From contig JALHLL010000005.1 in the NCBI GenBank assembly GCA_022844575.1, positions 1-32,891 of the forward strand: a stretch of 32,891 nucleotides of DNA, written 5' to 3'. Within the stretch, counting starts at the first letter, position 1, and every line of letters begins with the position of its first letter. Shown here in pieces: positions 8,039-17,563 of this stretch. The DNA comes from a bacterium (GTDB taxonomy: Bacteria > Bacteroidota > Ignavibacteria > Kapaibacteriales > UBA961). Below the pieces are notes generated by a model. It ran no database searches and was not told where the DNA came from. It was given only the letters and a program-made list of their open reading frames with translations. The position numbers and the translations under genes were made by a program.

Positions 8039-11000
8039 ATGACTTATGTGCGTTTCGTCGCTATAGCGTTTATCGTTATGGCGGCATCTGTTAACTCCAT
8101 GTCTTCACAAGTCGTCGAAACCCGTTATGAATACGGTTCTTCGCTTGTTCATGATAGCCGGCTTGTTTATGAGCGAGGTTTATTAACGAGAAGCCGTACG
8201 ATTATAGAGGAATCGTTACGGGAATTTGTACATTTTCCTGCTTATGATAAGGCTCAAATTTTATCTTCATTGCAAAGTGCATCATCCAAAAGTTTCAAAA
8301 CGGCGGATGAAATACTTGTGAAGTTGATAATGGAAAGACCTTTATCGCCGGTTATTCCCTATGCGTATCAGTTGCGGGGTATGATAGCATTCGAACAACA
8401 GCGTTTGGATAAAGCATCAACACATTTTTACGAATGTTTCGTTTCGGCTGAAGGTCAGTTTGTTCAGCGTCAAGATTCTCTTTATCATGACATTGCCGCC
8501 ACAAGTTTATTCTGGCGTGGTGTATCGCAAGCAAAAATAGGTTTGAATGATTCGGCTGCCGTATCGTATAAAAAGTGTTATTCGCGTTTTCCTGAACATC
8601 ATCTGGCTGATGATGCACTTTTTTATGATGGTCTGGTACATGAGAATAACAATGATGTCATAAATGCTATTGCCATTTTTGCTCGTTATCGATCTAATTA
8701 TCCTAAACGAAATAATACAGTAGCATCTTGCATCCGAGAAGCGCAAAACAGATTAAAACGCAGACAAGCTGCAATGAGTTTGGTAATACTGGAAAATGGA
8801 GAATCCTCTCGTCAACAAAGTATTACGGAAGAGAAACGTAAGGAATCATTGTTTGAAGTGCAGACGAATGCCGAACATGCAGCCGAAGAAATTTTATTTC
8901 TTAGGGGCGAGGCATATAATCAGTTACGACGTTATGAAGATGCCTTAACCGCATATAAGCAATTATTGAACGATTTTCCGACTACGCATCTATCTTCGCA
9001 AGTACGGCTTGGCATCGGGTGGGCATTGCTTAATCTTAACCGAGCAGAAGAGTCCATTATTGAATTTTCGACAGTTATAGATAGCGTTCAAGACCAAACC
9101 TCACAAGTACGGGCAGCTGCACAACTGTATAGAGCTATTGCTTGGAAGAATAGCGGAAAACGTGATGAAGCATATCGTGAGTTTTCGACATTGTCTGTTC
9201 AATCAGGCTTTCCGTTTCTGGCGCAGGTACTTTTGGAACTTGGGCAGATGTATTATGAGGATGGTAAATATACGGAAGCAAGACGCGCACTCGAACGTGG
9301 TGAAAGGGAGAGTTCCGACGGTTTTATATCGGCAAGAATTCAATTGATTCTCGGCAATTCTTATCTTGAAGAAAGACTTTTTGCCAAAGCGGCGCAGGCA
9401 TTTTCATCCGCAGAATTTCTTGCAAAAAACAGTTCGGTAGAGATGATGCCGCTTAAAAATTCCGTGCTTGCCGAAGCGCGTTTAAAACAAGGTATCGCTT
9501 GGGCTCAGGCAAGCCGATATCGTGATGCAATTCCATCATTGACGGCATTCAGAGCGGAACATGCTGATGATAAGAGGCAAGACGAAGCATTATTCTGGCT
9601 CGGTGAAAGTTTTTATCGTTCTGATATGCTTGCGAATGCCGATGTCTCTTTCCGTGATTTAGTTGATAATTTCCCGACAAGCGGAAGACGCGAAGAAGCT
9701 TTATACGGACTCGGATGGACACATTTCCGACAGCGTCGTTTTGATGCAAGCGGAAAATGGTTTGAAAAATTGGTAAAGGAGTACCCGAAAACGGAATTTG
9801 CTGCCGAAGCACTTGCAAGAAAGGGCGACGGCCATTTTTTAGAGAGACAATTTGCAGCCGCAGCAAAATCGTATGAAGAGGCCGCTAAAAGAGCACCGAA
9901 TACTGCTGAAGGGCGCTATTCCGCTTATCAACTTGGTCATGCTTTACGACGTGCAGGACAATTGGATAGAGCGGTTGATGTATTTAGAAATTATGTGAAA
10001 AAATACTCTCGTTCAGCAAATGCCGATTATGCTCTTTTTTCTATCGGTTTAATTCATTTTCAGGAACAGAAATACGAAACTGCAATTAACGATTTTCGCA
10101 TATTCATAGAAGCATATCCGCAAAGTTCTATGATACCCCGTGCGCAGTATCAAATAGGCGATTGTTATTATAATCAGAGTAATTATCAATCTGCAATTAT
10201 TGAATATAAAAAAGTAATGGAGCAATTCCCAACAAGCCCTTATGCCGGTACTGCTGTAATGGGTATTCAGTATTGTTTGGAAAGTATGGGGCAGAGTGAT
10301 GCGGCCGATTCGTTAACAAGGGCATTTATAAATGCAAATCCATTATCAGCCAATTCGGAAAAATTAATAGTTAATCAAGGTTATAAATTTTATACTAATA
10401 AAAGATTTAATGATGCTATTGCAGAATATGAGAATTACTTAAAAACGTATCCGAATACGGAAAATGCGGCTGAAGCATTATTTTATCTCGGAAAAAGTTA
10501 TATAAATTCAGGGAATACCTTAAAAGCTGAACAATCAATGGATGATTTGGCAAAAAAATATCCTATGAATACTTTTGCACATTTGGGGATTTTGGAATTG
10601 GGTTTAATGCGTTTGCGTTTGAATGAAGCAACAAAAGCAGATTCCATTTTTAGAATTGTTGAGCAAAAATATCCCGATTCTTCAAGTGCTGGGCAAGCAT
10701 TGTTCGAGCGTAGCGTAATTGCATATACTCGCGGCGATACGAATGGTGCCTTAACAGGGTTTACGAAAGTTGCTGATAAATTTCAAGCGACGGAATTTGG
10801 CGATCAGAGTTTGTACAGAATTGCCATGTTCTGGCGTTTGCGCGGTCAATTCGATAGCGCAAGAATACATTTTTCAAAATTAGCTCTACGTGAAGAAAAT
10901 CCTTTAGTTGCTGCGGAAGCTCAATACCGTATCGGGGAGTTATATCTCCGTGAGAGAAAACATAATGAAGCATTAACAGCTTTCTTTACAGCAAGAGATA

Positions 11001-11254
11001 AATATTCCATGGTTGAGGATTGGTTTACTTTATCCATGTTAGGGTTGGGTGAATGTTATGAATTTTTAGGGCAAATTGATGCAGCTAAAGATGTTTACGC
11101 AACATTACAGGAATTGAGAAAAGACGATGATTATGGACGAACGGCGGCGGCTCGGCTAAAGCGGTTGAAAAAAGGAAATTATTCTCCACCGGTGCAATCA
11201 CCACAAAAAGATAGTCTGAATACAAAACCCGAACAAGGAGGGAGCCATGAATAA
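8039..11254 (+). CDS. Very large exported TPR-repeat protein (CpoB/YbgF- and BamD-like repeats), about 1071 aa
   Basis: Signal peptide MTYVRFVAIAFIVMAASVNSMS; many repeats of type A..F..LV..FP.S....EALY.LG (e.g. DEALFWLGESFY, EEALYGLGWTHF, DYALFSIGLIHF, AEALFYLGKSY). Start moved to ATG 8039 because a promoter-like TTTCGTAATTTTCG lies at 7981-7994. Confidence 0.9.
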   Translation: MTYVRFVAIAFIVMAASVNSMSSQVVETRYEYGSSLVHDSRLVYERGLLTRSRTIIEESLREFVHFPAYDKAQILSSLQSASSKSFKTADEILVKLIMERPLSPVIPYAYQLRGMIAFEQQRLDKASTHFYECFVSAEGQFVQRQDSLYHDIAATSLFWRGVSQAKIGLNDSAAVSYKKCYSRFPEHHLADDALFYDGLVHENNNDVINAIAIFARYRSNYPKRNNTVASCIREAQNRLKRRQAAMSLVILENGESSRQQSITEEKRKESLFEVQTNAEHAAEEILFLRGEAYNQLRRYEDALTAYKQLLNDFPTTHLSSQVRLGIGWALLNLNRAEESIIEFSTVIDSVQDQTSQVRAAAQLYRAIAWKNSGKRDEAYREFSTLSVQSGFPFLAQVLLELGQMYYEDGKYTEARRALERGERESSDGFISARIQLILGNSYLEERLFAKAAQAFSSAEFLAKNSSVEMMPLKNSVLAEARLKQGIAWAQASRYRDAIPSLTAFRAEHADDKRQDEALFWLGESFYRSDMLANADVSFRDLVDNFPTSGRREEALYGLGWTHFRQRRFDASGKWFEKLVKEYPKTEFAAEALARKGDGHFLERQFAAAAKSYEEAAKRAPNTAEGRYSAYQLGHALRRAGQLDRAVDVFRNYVKKYSRSANADYALFSIGLIHFQEQKYETAINDFRIFIEAYPQSSMIPRAQYQIGDCYYNQSNYQSAIIEYKKVMEQFPTSPYAGTAVMGIQYCLESMGQSDAADSLTRAFINANPLSANSEKLIVNQGYKFYTNKRFNDAIAEYENYLKTYPNTENAAEALFYLGKSYINSGNTLKAEQSMDDLAKKYPMNTFAHLGILELGLMRLRLNEATKADSIFRIVEQKYPDSSSAGQALFERSVIAYTRGDTNGALTGFTKVADKFQATEFGDQSLYRIAMFWRLRGQFDSARIHFSKLALREENPLVAAEAQYRIGELYLRERKHNEALTAFFTARDKYSMVEDWFTLSMLGLGECYEFLGQIDAAKDVYATLQELRKDDDYGRTAAARLKRLKKGNYSPPVQSPQKDSLNTKPEQGGSHE

Positions 11255-12851
11255 AATGATAATGAAAACATGGTTAGTATTTTGTTTTGGTATCACTTCT
11301 ACAATGATGTGTGTTGCTCAACAAAAGGCACAAACTACAAAAGATGACCCTGTAGAGTTAGCAACCATTGTAATACAAGGAACAGAAGCTGTTGATATAC
11401 CCGGTGGGACAAAACAACCGCCACGCAAGACGTTAGCTTTAACACGCGACCGTTTGGATTCGCTTAATACATTGGAAAAGCATACTGCAATACGTTTACC
11501 TTTTGTAGCTTTACCGACGACATCATTGGAAAAACCAATAACAAAAGGATATGTAAAAGGGGAGTTAGGCCAGTTCTTAACACCGTTACTTGATGCAGGT
11601 TATGGTTTTGCATTAGGTGGTTATCGTTTGGAAGCAAACGGAGGATTGGAGGCGAGCAATGGTCATGTAAACAATGCTGATTTTGCAAACTTCAACTTTT
11701 CTTTAGATGCCGAATATGTAGCACCTGAAAAATTTATCTTTTTCGGAGGTAGTAAAACACAATCCTTTATACGTTTTTCCCGTGATGCACACAATTTATA
11801 CGCTGTTCCGAGCGCTGTGCATCGTTCACTTACGGATTTTAGTGCCGGTGTGAGAACGGATGGCTCATATAACGGATATACATATAGTTTGGGTGGAGAT
11901 TGGAATGCAGGGTCTTTAGCACAATCGAACAATGATGCGGTGAATAATGCACTCCACGGGTTTATAGATGCAACAAAACGTTTTGATGATCTTGTTGTGG
12001 GTGCGGAAGCAAATTTGCAATTTCACACGCTACGGGGTAATGGATTGAATATGATGGATTTTCTTGCAAATGCAAATTATGTGCAGGAAACCTACAAAGT
12101 GCGAGCGAAAGCAGGTTTACAATCATATACGAATGCAAACGGAGCAACATTCGGAGCAATGAAAGTAATTGCTGATGGTGAGTATTTCTTGAATGGGGAT
12201 TTCACATTAGGGGCATTTATTAGGTCGGGATTATTGGAGAATTCGTTTATAAGAATGATGAGAATAAATCCGTATATCTCCAATTCGGCAGAGATAGAGT
12301 ATGCACGTGAAAATATTGCAGTCGGGGCACGTTTATGGTATCATCCTTTGGAGAAGATTGGCATTATGATGAAAGGGACTGTTGCTTCGATTGGTAATTA
12401 CGCCGTTTGGCAGGGCAATCAGCAGGCAAGTTTTGCTTTACGTTATGCTGATGTAATGCTAATTGAGGCGGAAGCTGAAGTTGTTTATACCTATGATGAA
12501 TACAATACATTCAATGCTAATGTTCAAACACGTTCCATAAAGACTGCAAAAGAAAGTACATTATCATATATTTTGCCTTTTCAAACGTCCATTCGTTGGA
12601 ATAGAACTTGGAATAATGAAATAGGCACGCAGTTAACAGCAAGTTATATGGGGACACGTTCAACAGGCAGTAATAATGTACCTCAACTTTCAGGATATAT
12701 TGATCTTTCATTAAGGGCAACATATTCTTTCAATTCAGTACTTCAAGGATATATTCGCGTTGATAATATTACGAACTCTACCATTTTTGTATGGGAGGGG
12801 TATAAAGAACGCGGTATATTTTTTGCTGTGGGTGTTTTGTGTAATTTTTGA
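11247..12851 (+). CDS. TonB-dependent-receptor-like outer-membrane barrel with a very short or absent plug
   Basis: Signal peptide, TonB-box-like VELATIVIQG, strands from about aa 101, and a receptor-type C-terminus (LSGYIDLSLRATYSF..IRVDNITN...ERGIFFAVGVLCNF) ending in Phe. Overlaps the TPR gene by 8 nt. Confidence 0.75.
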   Translation: MNKMIMKTWLVFCFGITSTMMCVAQQKAQTTKDDPVELATIVIQGTEAVDIPGGTKQPPRKTLALTRDRLDSLNTLEKHTAIRLPFVALPTTSLEKPITKGYVKGELGQFLTPLLDAGYGFALGGYRLEANGGLEASNGHVNNADFANFNFSLDAEYVAPEKFIFFGGSKTQSFIRFSRDAHNLYAVPSAVHRSLTDFSAGVRTDGSYNGYTYSLGGDWNAGSLAQSNNDAVNNALHGFIDATKRFDDLVVGAEANLQFHTLRGNGLNMMDFLANANYVQETYKVRAKAGLQSYTNANGATFGAMKVIADGEYFLNGDFTLGAFIRSGLLENSFIRMMRINPYISNSAEIEYARENIAVGARLWYHPLEKIGIMMKGTVASIGNYAVWQGNQQASFALRYADVMLIEAEAEVVYTYDEYNTFNANVQTRSIKTAKESTLSYILPFQTSIRWNRTWNNEIGTQLTASYMGTRSTGSNNVPQLSGYIDLSLRATYSFNSVLQGYIRVDNITNSTIFVWEGYKERGIFFAVGVLCNF

Positions 12852-12893
12852 TGTTGATGAAACATTGAATTAAACTTTACGAAAGGTTCTTCC

Positions 12894-14357
12894 ATGGTGG
12901 ACAAAAATGTTCTTAATGATGAATTCGGTGGCTTCGATAGTGCCGACAGCGAGACATTTGCGCTTGAAGGACTAACGGCATACCCGGGAGAATCGCAAGG
13001 ATTTATTATACCAAAACCTCAACCCGAGATTCAAAGTGAAGAATTACCATTACAAGAGACGGAGGCTCCGGAGGTGGAAGCTTCGACTTTTGAACAGCAA
13101 ATAATGGAGAGTGATACTATTGAGGAAAACATATCAATTGATGAAGATTTATTACGTGCTTTGCAGCAGGATTTGATTAAAAGCAGGCAGAAGAAAGAGC
13201 TTATTGAAGAACAACAACCGCCCGTTGAAGAACAGGATTTTATTGAGTTTGAAACGGACTCAAACACCGAAACCATTGACCTTGCTGATATAAAAGCTGA
13301 ACATCCTTCATCGTTTATGGTACACGAAGAACCCGTTCAGGCTTCGAAAGTAACGGATATGCCTGATTCAGGCGGGTATGGGGGATATGCCGCGTTGGCA
13401 CAAGATATGGTCAGTGAAAACAGCGATACGATTCCACCTATAGTGGAGGAAAACCGAAAAAAGGAGAAAAAATCTTTACCCTTTTTTAATAAGAAAACCT
13501 TGTTAATTGCTGCTTCAATAGCCGGGATCGCTGTGTTGGGTTTATCGGCGTATATGCTTACACCGGCAATAAAAGGAGTGTTTGCCTCGAAGGATACGGA
13601 TTCTACCAAAGTTGAAAATCACGATAATCAAGCGCACAAAAAAGAGGAAGAACACAAAACAGAGGGCGAGCATAAACAGGATGCCCACGCTGAATCAAAA
13701 CCACATAGCGATGATAAGGCAATTACCGCCATTCCCGATTCATTGTTGGATGAGATAGCGGATGATACAAAACATGATGAACATGTAGCGGAAGCGAACA
13801 GTCACAATTCTGCAACATCTCATGAAAAACCTAAATCCGATGTTAAAAAACATGCGGAGGAAAAACATGCCGAGCCGAAACATGAACCGAAGCCGATTAA
13901 AGAAAAACATCCTGAAAAAGAGCACAAATCCGTTAAGGAAAATATAGCTCATCATAAAGAAAAAGAGGATAAACATAGTACCCCCTCAGCTGTCGAAAAA
14001 CAGCCTCAAAAAAATATTATAGCAAAAAAAGAACATCATGAGAAAGAAATACCTCATGAAACAAAACAAAAAGTTGAAGAGATTCCGGTAAAAAAAGAGC
14101 AGGCGACAACATCCGATAAAGTAGTGAAACCGTTGTTTACTATTCAGGTATATGCAACACCATCGAAAAATGAAGCGGAACGTTGGCTAAGTAAGTTACG
14201 TTCCTCTTCGGCAAATGCGCCGGTAATAACGACACAGCAAATTCGTGATAAAACATGGTACAGGGTACGTTTCGGAAATTTTTCATCGCGCGATGAAGCC
14301 GAGAAAGCTATTAGAAGTTTAGGCTATGACCAATGTTGGATTGATAGAGTACGTTAA
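12894..14357 (+). CDS. Bitopic membrane protein with C-terminal SPOR peptidoglycan-binding domain
   Basis: Acidic N-terminal ~190 aa, Lys patch, single TM (LLIAASIAGIAVLGLSAYML), His/Lys/Glu-rich linker, SPOR FTIQVYATPSKNEAERWLSKL...WYRVRFGNFSSRDEAEKA. Confidence 0.9.
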   Translation: MVDKNVLNDEFGGFDSADSETFALEGLTAYPGESQGFIIPKPQPEIQSEELPLQETEAPEVEASTFEQQIMESDTIEENISIDEDLLRALQQDLIKSRQKKELIEEQQPPVEEQDFIEFETDSNTETIDLADIKAEHPSSFMVHEEPVQASKVTDMPDSGGYGGYAALAQDMVSENSDTIPPIVEENRKKEKKSLPFFNKKTLLIAASIAGIAVLGLSAYMLTPAIKGVFASKDTDSTKVENHDNQAHKKEEEHKTEGEHKQDAHAESKPHSDDKAITAIPDSLLDEIADDTKHDEHVAEANSHNSATSHEKPKSDVKKHAEEKHAEPKHEPKPIKEKHPEKEHKSVKENIAHHKEKEDKHSTPSAVEKQPQKNIIAKKEHHEKEIPHETKQKVEEIPVKKEQATTSDKVVKPLFTIQVYATPSKNEAERWLSKLRSSSANAPVITTQQIRDKTWYRVRFGNFSSRDEAEKAIRSLGYDQCWIDRVR

Positions 14358-14374
14358 TATAATACGATAATCTG

Positions 14375-15136
14375 ATGAGAGAAATTGAAAATATACCGGT
14401 CGGTTTAACCATTAAAATTCCATGGGAGCGTTTTACTGCGCGAGGTTTTGGTATTTCGCTCATTATTGTGCCGTTATTACTCTATATCATGTCCTTAACG
14501 CAATGTAACATTGCCCCGCCACGAGAAACTGAAATAAGAGGTATTGAATTAATACAATTGAAATGGGGAGATGGTGACGGTACGGGTAATAAAGGCGGTA
14601 ATTTACAGAAAGAGGGTATAAAAAAAACAGGCAAACAACCTTCACTTGATATTGAGGATGCTGCACGTGCAACAAAGACGAAAACAAGTACAACAGCTGA
14701 AACGGATATAAATAGTGCTACGAATGTAAAACCCGTAAAAGAATTGGGGAGTGCTACGGCAAATACCGGAGCGGCAACGGGAACAAAAGAGTTGGGTGCC
14801 GGAAAAGAAGGTTTGATAACGGGAACAGGGTTAGGTAATTTGGGAGATGGTGCCGGAAGCGGAGAAGGATGGGGTTTACAATGGGGTGGTGGCGGAAACC
14901 GCTCCGTTATGTTCAAGAAAATTCCTAAGTATCCCGAAGGTGCTACTGCTACATTGATAAGAGTAAAGTTTCGAGTTACGCCTGAAGGTACGGTAGGGCA
15001 AATGAATTTTACGACAAAAGGTGATCCGCAGTTGGAAAATGAGGTAATGAAAGCACTAAGGATGTGGCGATTTAATAAGATAAAGGACGATAAGGAGATG
15101 GAAGGTACGATAACATTCTCATTCCGTTCAAATTAG
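14375..15136 (+). CDS. Gly-rich TonB/TolA-like energy transducer
   Basis: N-terminal TM (GFGISLIIVPLLLYIMSL), Gly/Thr-rich linker, TonB_C-like end PKYPEG..IRVKFRVTPEGTV...LENEVMKALRMWRFN....EGTITFSF. Confidence 0.85.
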   Translation: MREIENIPVGLTIKIPWERFTARGFGISLIIVPLLLYIMSLTQCNIAPPRETEIRGIELIQLKWGDGDGTGNKGGNLQKEGIKKTGKQPSLDIEDAARATKTKTSTTAETDINSATNVKPVKELGSATANTGAATGTKELGAGKEGLITGTGLGNLGDGAGSGEGWGLQWGGGGNRSVMFKKIPKYPEGATATLIRVKFRVTPEGTVGQMNFTTKGDPQLENEVMKALRMWRFNKIKDDKEMEGTITFSFRSN

Positions 15137-15147
15137 TGTTTTTAATA

Positions 15148-15321
15148 ATGCAGGATATTGTACAATACTTTTCGGAAATACCAACATTCGGTTTGGCTAT
15201 AATCGCGATTTTTTTTGTCGGGATCGTATTTGCAATTCTCAGAAAATTAATAAAGTTTGCTATAACACTTGCGGCTCTTATTATTATGGTTTTGGTGATA
15301 ATACGATTGCTTCAGCATTAA
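15148..15321 (+). CDS. Small two-TM membrane protein
   Basis: 57 aa; two hydrophobic helices separated by RKLIK; fills the gap in a co-oriented operon. Start ATG 15148 (or GTG 15136). Confidence 0.7.
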   Translation: MQDIVQYFSEIPTFGLAIIAIFFVGIVFAILRKLIKFAITLAALIIMVLVIIRLLQH

Positions 15322-15396
15322 GTTTTTACTGAACTTTTTTTGTAAAACTGACCGAAATTTCTCCACTTATTCAAATTATTCAATCAGGAAATAAAT

Positions 15397-16731
15397 ATGC
15401 CTCAAACGCTTGGAATAGTAGGTACGGGTTATGTAGGACTTGTAACTGGAACATGTTTTGCCGAAAGCGGCAACCGGGTTATTTGTGTTGATATTGACGA
15501 AAAAAAAGTAAATGACTTACGCCAAGGGATTATGCCCATATTTGAACCCGGGTTGGAGCATTTATTAGAAAGAAATATTAAAAACGGACGATTGACATTT
15601 ACAACCGATTTGAATGAAGCGGTGGAAAAATCATCCGTACTTTTCTTATGCCTACCTACGCCACCTGATGAAGATGGTTCAGCCGATTTGCAATATGTGT
15701 TGGGGGTTGCTAAAGATGCCGCCACAATTATTAAAGAAAAAGATATCCGTGATTTTAAAGTATTTGTCAATAAAAGCACGGTTCCGGTACAAACGGCTGA
15801 AAAAGTAACTGCAATAGTAAGAAATGCAGCCCCTGAATATCCGATTGCAGTTGTAAGTAATCCCGAATTTTTAAGAGAGGGCTTTGCAGTTGAGGATTTT
15901 ATGAAGCCGGACAGAATTGTTGTCGGTGCTTCGGATGAAAGAGCAATTTCAATAATGCGCGATTTGTATGAGCCGTTTGTGCGTAGCGGTAACCCAATCT
16001 TTTTTATGGATGAAAAAAGTGCCGAAATAACCAAGTATGCTGCGAATTGTTATTTGGCTATGCGCATTTCGTTTATGAATGAACTTTCGTATTACTGTGA
16101 ACAGGTTGGTGCCGATATTGAGCAAATACGCATGGGTATAGGTTCCGATTCGAGAATAGGTAAAAGATTTTTATTTGCAGGATTGGGATATGGCGGCAGT
16201 TGTTTTCCGAAAGACGTAAAAGCTCTTATTCACTCAACTGATGCGGCAAATACGCCGTTAGGTTTGGTAAAAGCAGCTGAAGAGGCAAATTATCGCCAAT
16301 CGGATCGCTTTTTTGAAAAAATTCAAAAACGTTTTGACACGTTAGAAGGAAAGCGTTTCGCTTTATGGGGTTTGGCTTTTAAGCCGAATACCGATGATAC
16401 AAGGGAAGCACCTGCTTTTCGGTTAATACAACGTCTGCTTGATGCCGGTGCAAATATTACTGCTTATGATCCCGAAGCTATGGAAAATACGAAGCGATTT
16501 TTTGGCGATCGAGTGCAGTATGCAGTTGATTCGATGGAATGTTTGAATGATACTGATGCCTTAATAATTGCGACTGAATGGAATGAGTTTCGGAGTCCTG
16601 ACTTTGAGGCGGTGAAGAAATCGCTACGATTGCCGATTATTTTCGATGGTCGTAATTTATTCGATCCTGATGATATGGATAATAGGGGATTAGAATATTA
16701 TAGTATCGGACGCAGAACAGTTACTGCTTAA
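15397..16731 (+). CDS. ugd: UDP-glucose 6-dehydrogenase
   Basis: GTGYVGLVTG, PIFEPGL, NKSTVPV, SNPEFLREG, catalytic GYGGSCFPKD, GLAFKPNTDDTRE, IFDGRN. Confidence 0.97.
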   Translation: MPQTLGIVGTGYVGLVTGTCFAESGNRVICVDIDEKKVNDLRQGIMPIFEPGLEHLLERNIKNGRLTFTTDLNEAVEKSSVLFLCLPTPPDEDGSADLQYVLGVAKDAATIIKEKDIRDFKVFVNKSTVPVQTAEKVTAIVRNAAPEYPIAVVSNPEFLREGFAVEDFMKPDRIVVGASDERAISIMRDLYEPFVRSGNPIFFMDEKSAEITKYAANCYLAMRISFMNELSYYCEQVGADIEQIRMGIGSDSRIGKRFLFAGLGYGGSCFPKDVKALIHSTDAANTPLGLVKAAEEANYRQSDRFFEKIQKRFDTLEGKRFALWGLAFKPNTDDTREAPAFRLIQRLLDAGANITAYDPEAMENTKRFFGDRVQYAVDSMECLNDTDALIIATEWNEFRSPDFEAVKKSLRLPIIFDGRNLFDPDDMDNRGLEYYSIGRRTVTA

Positions 16732-16969
16732 TACAATGGTTGATATTCACCATAAGTAATGTGAGTCAACACAAAACGTGCGAAATTCGGCTAAATGTGA
16801 CATAATGGTGCACGTATTAGCTAAGTCATTGCATTCATAGGGATAATGTGTTTTGTAGGTGTCAAAGTTCAATTCCGTGTATTGTCGAAAACCAATCGCA
16901 GATGTTTGGCACAATAATCAATATTTATGGCGGTGTATGCCGTCGGTAATACATTTTATGTGAGGTTAC

Positions 16970-17548
16970 ATGTCAGACGATAATGATGCTTTAGATGAAA
17001 AGCCGGCGAAAGCCAAGAAAGAAGGCGGCGGTATGAAGACGGTTTTGATGGCAGCCGTAGCAGGTTTGCTTGTTGCCGTTGTATTCGGAGCCGGTATTTT
17101 TCTTGGTGTGAAGTTTTTCGGGGGTTCACATGAAGAAGCCGATGCAAAAGATAAACATGGCAAAACGGCAAAAAAGGAGCATGTTGAAGAAGGGGAAGAA
17201 GAAGCGGATGAAGATATAGGACCTGTGGACGAAGACGGCAATCCGTTGCCGAGATTGGTTGTTGGTACCGAGGACTTTATCGTCAACCCGAATGGTTCGG
17301 ATCGTTATGTCGTTGTTAACCTTGGTATAGAAGTTAATTCGGAAGAAGCAAAGGCAAAAGTGGAAAAAGATCTGATGATACCCATTAGGCATGGTGTGTT
17401 GAAAGTATTACAGCGTTTTACGATCAATGATTATCAGCGTGTTTCATTACGTGATTCGCTTCCGAAAATCATTAAAAAAGAAATTAAACCGTATATCATC
17501 GGTACAAAAGTGAGTAATATTTATATTTCCAAATTCATCATCCAATAA
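16970..17548 (+). CDS. fliL: Flagellar basal-body-associated protein FliL
   Basis: Short charged N-terminus, one TM, charged linker, FIVNP..DRYVVVNLGIE, IRHGVLKVL, canonical end VSNIYISKFIIQ; directly precedes fliM. Confidence 0.9.
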   Translation: MSDDNDALDEKPAKAKKEGGGMKTVLMAAVAGLLVAVVFGAGIFLGVKFFGGSHEEADAKDKHGKTAKKEHVEEGEEEADEDIGPVDEDGNPLPRLVVGTEDFIVNPNGSDRYVVVNLGIEVNSEEAKAKVEKDLMIPIRHGVLKVLQRFTINDYQRVSLRDSLPKIIKKEIKPYIIGTKVSNIYISKFIIQ

Positions 17549-17563
17549 ATGTAATCAATAGTT

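Noticed and set aside
13600-14100. DNA-level tandem repeat or CRISPR-like array
   Set aside because: The similarity is protein-level low complexity (AAACAT/GAACAT codon pairs); no fixed-length repeat-spacer pattern here or elsewhere in the window.
16740-16900. c-di-GMP riboswitch upstream of fliL
   Set aside because: GEMM hallmarks (GGCAAA ... CGCAAA ... TAA with paired stems) were not found by eye; an Rfam cmscan would settle it.
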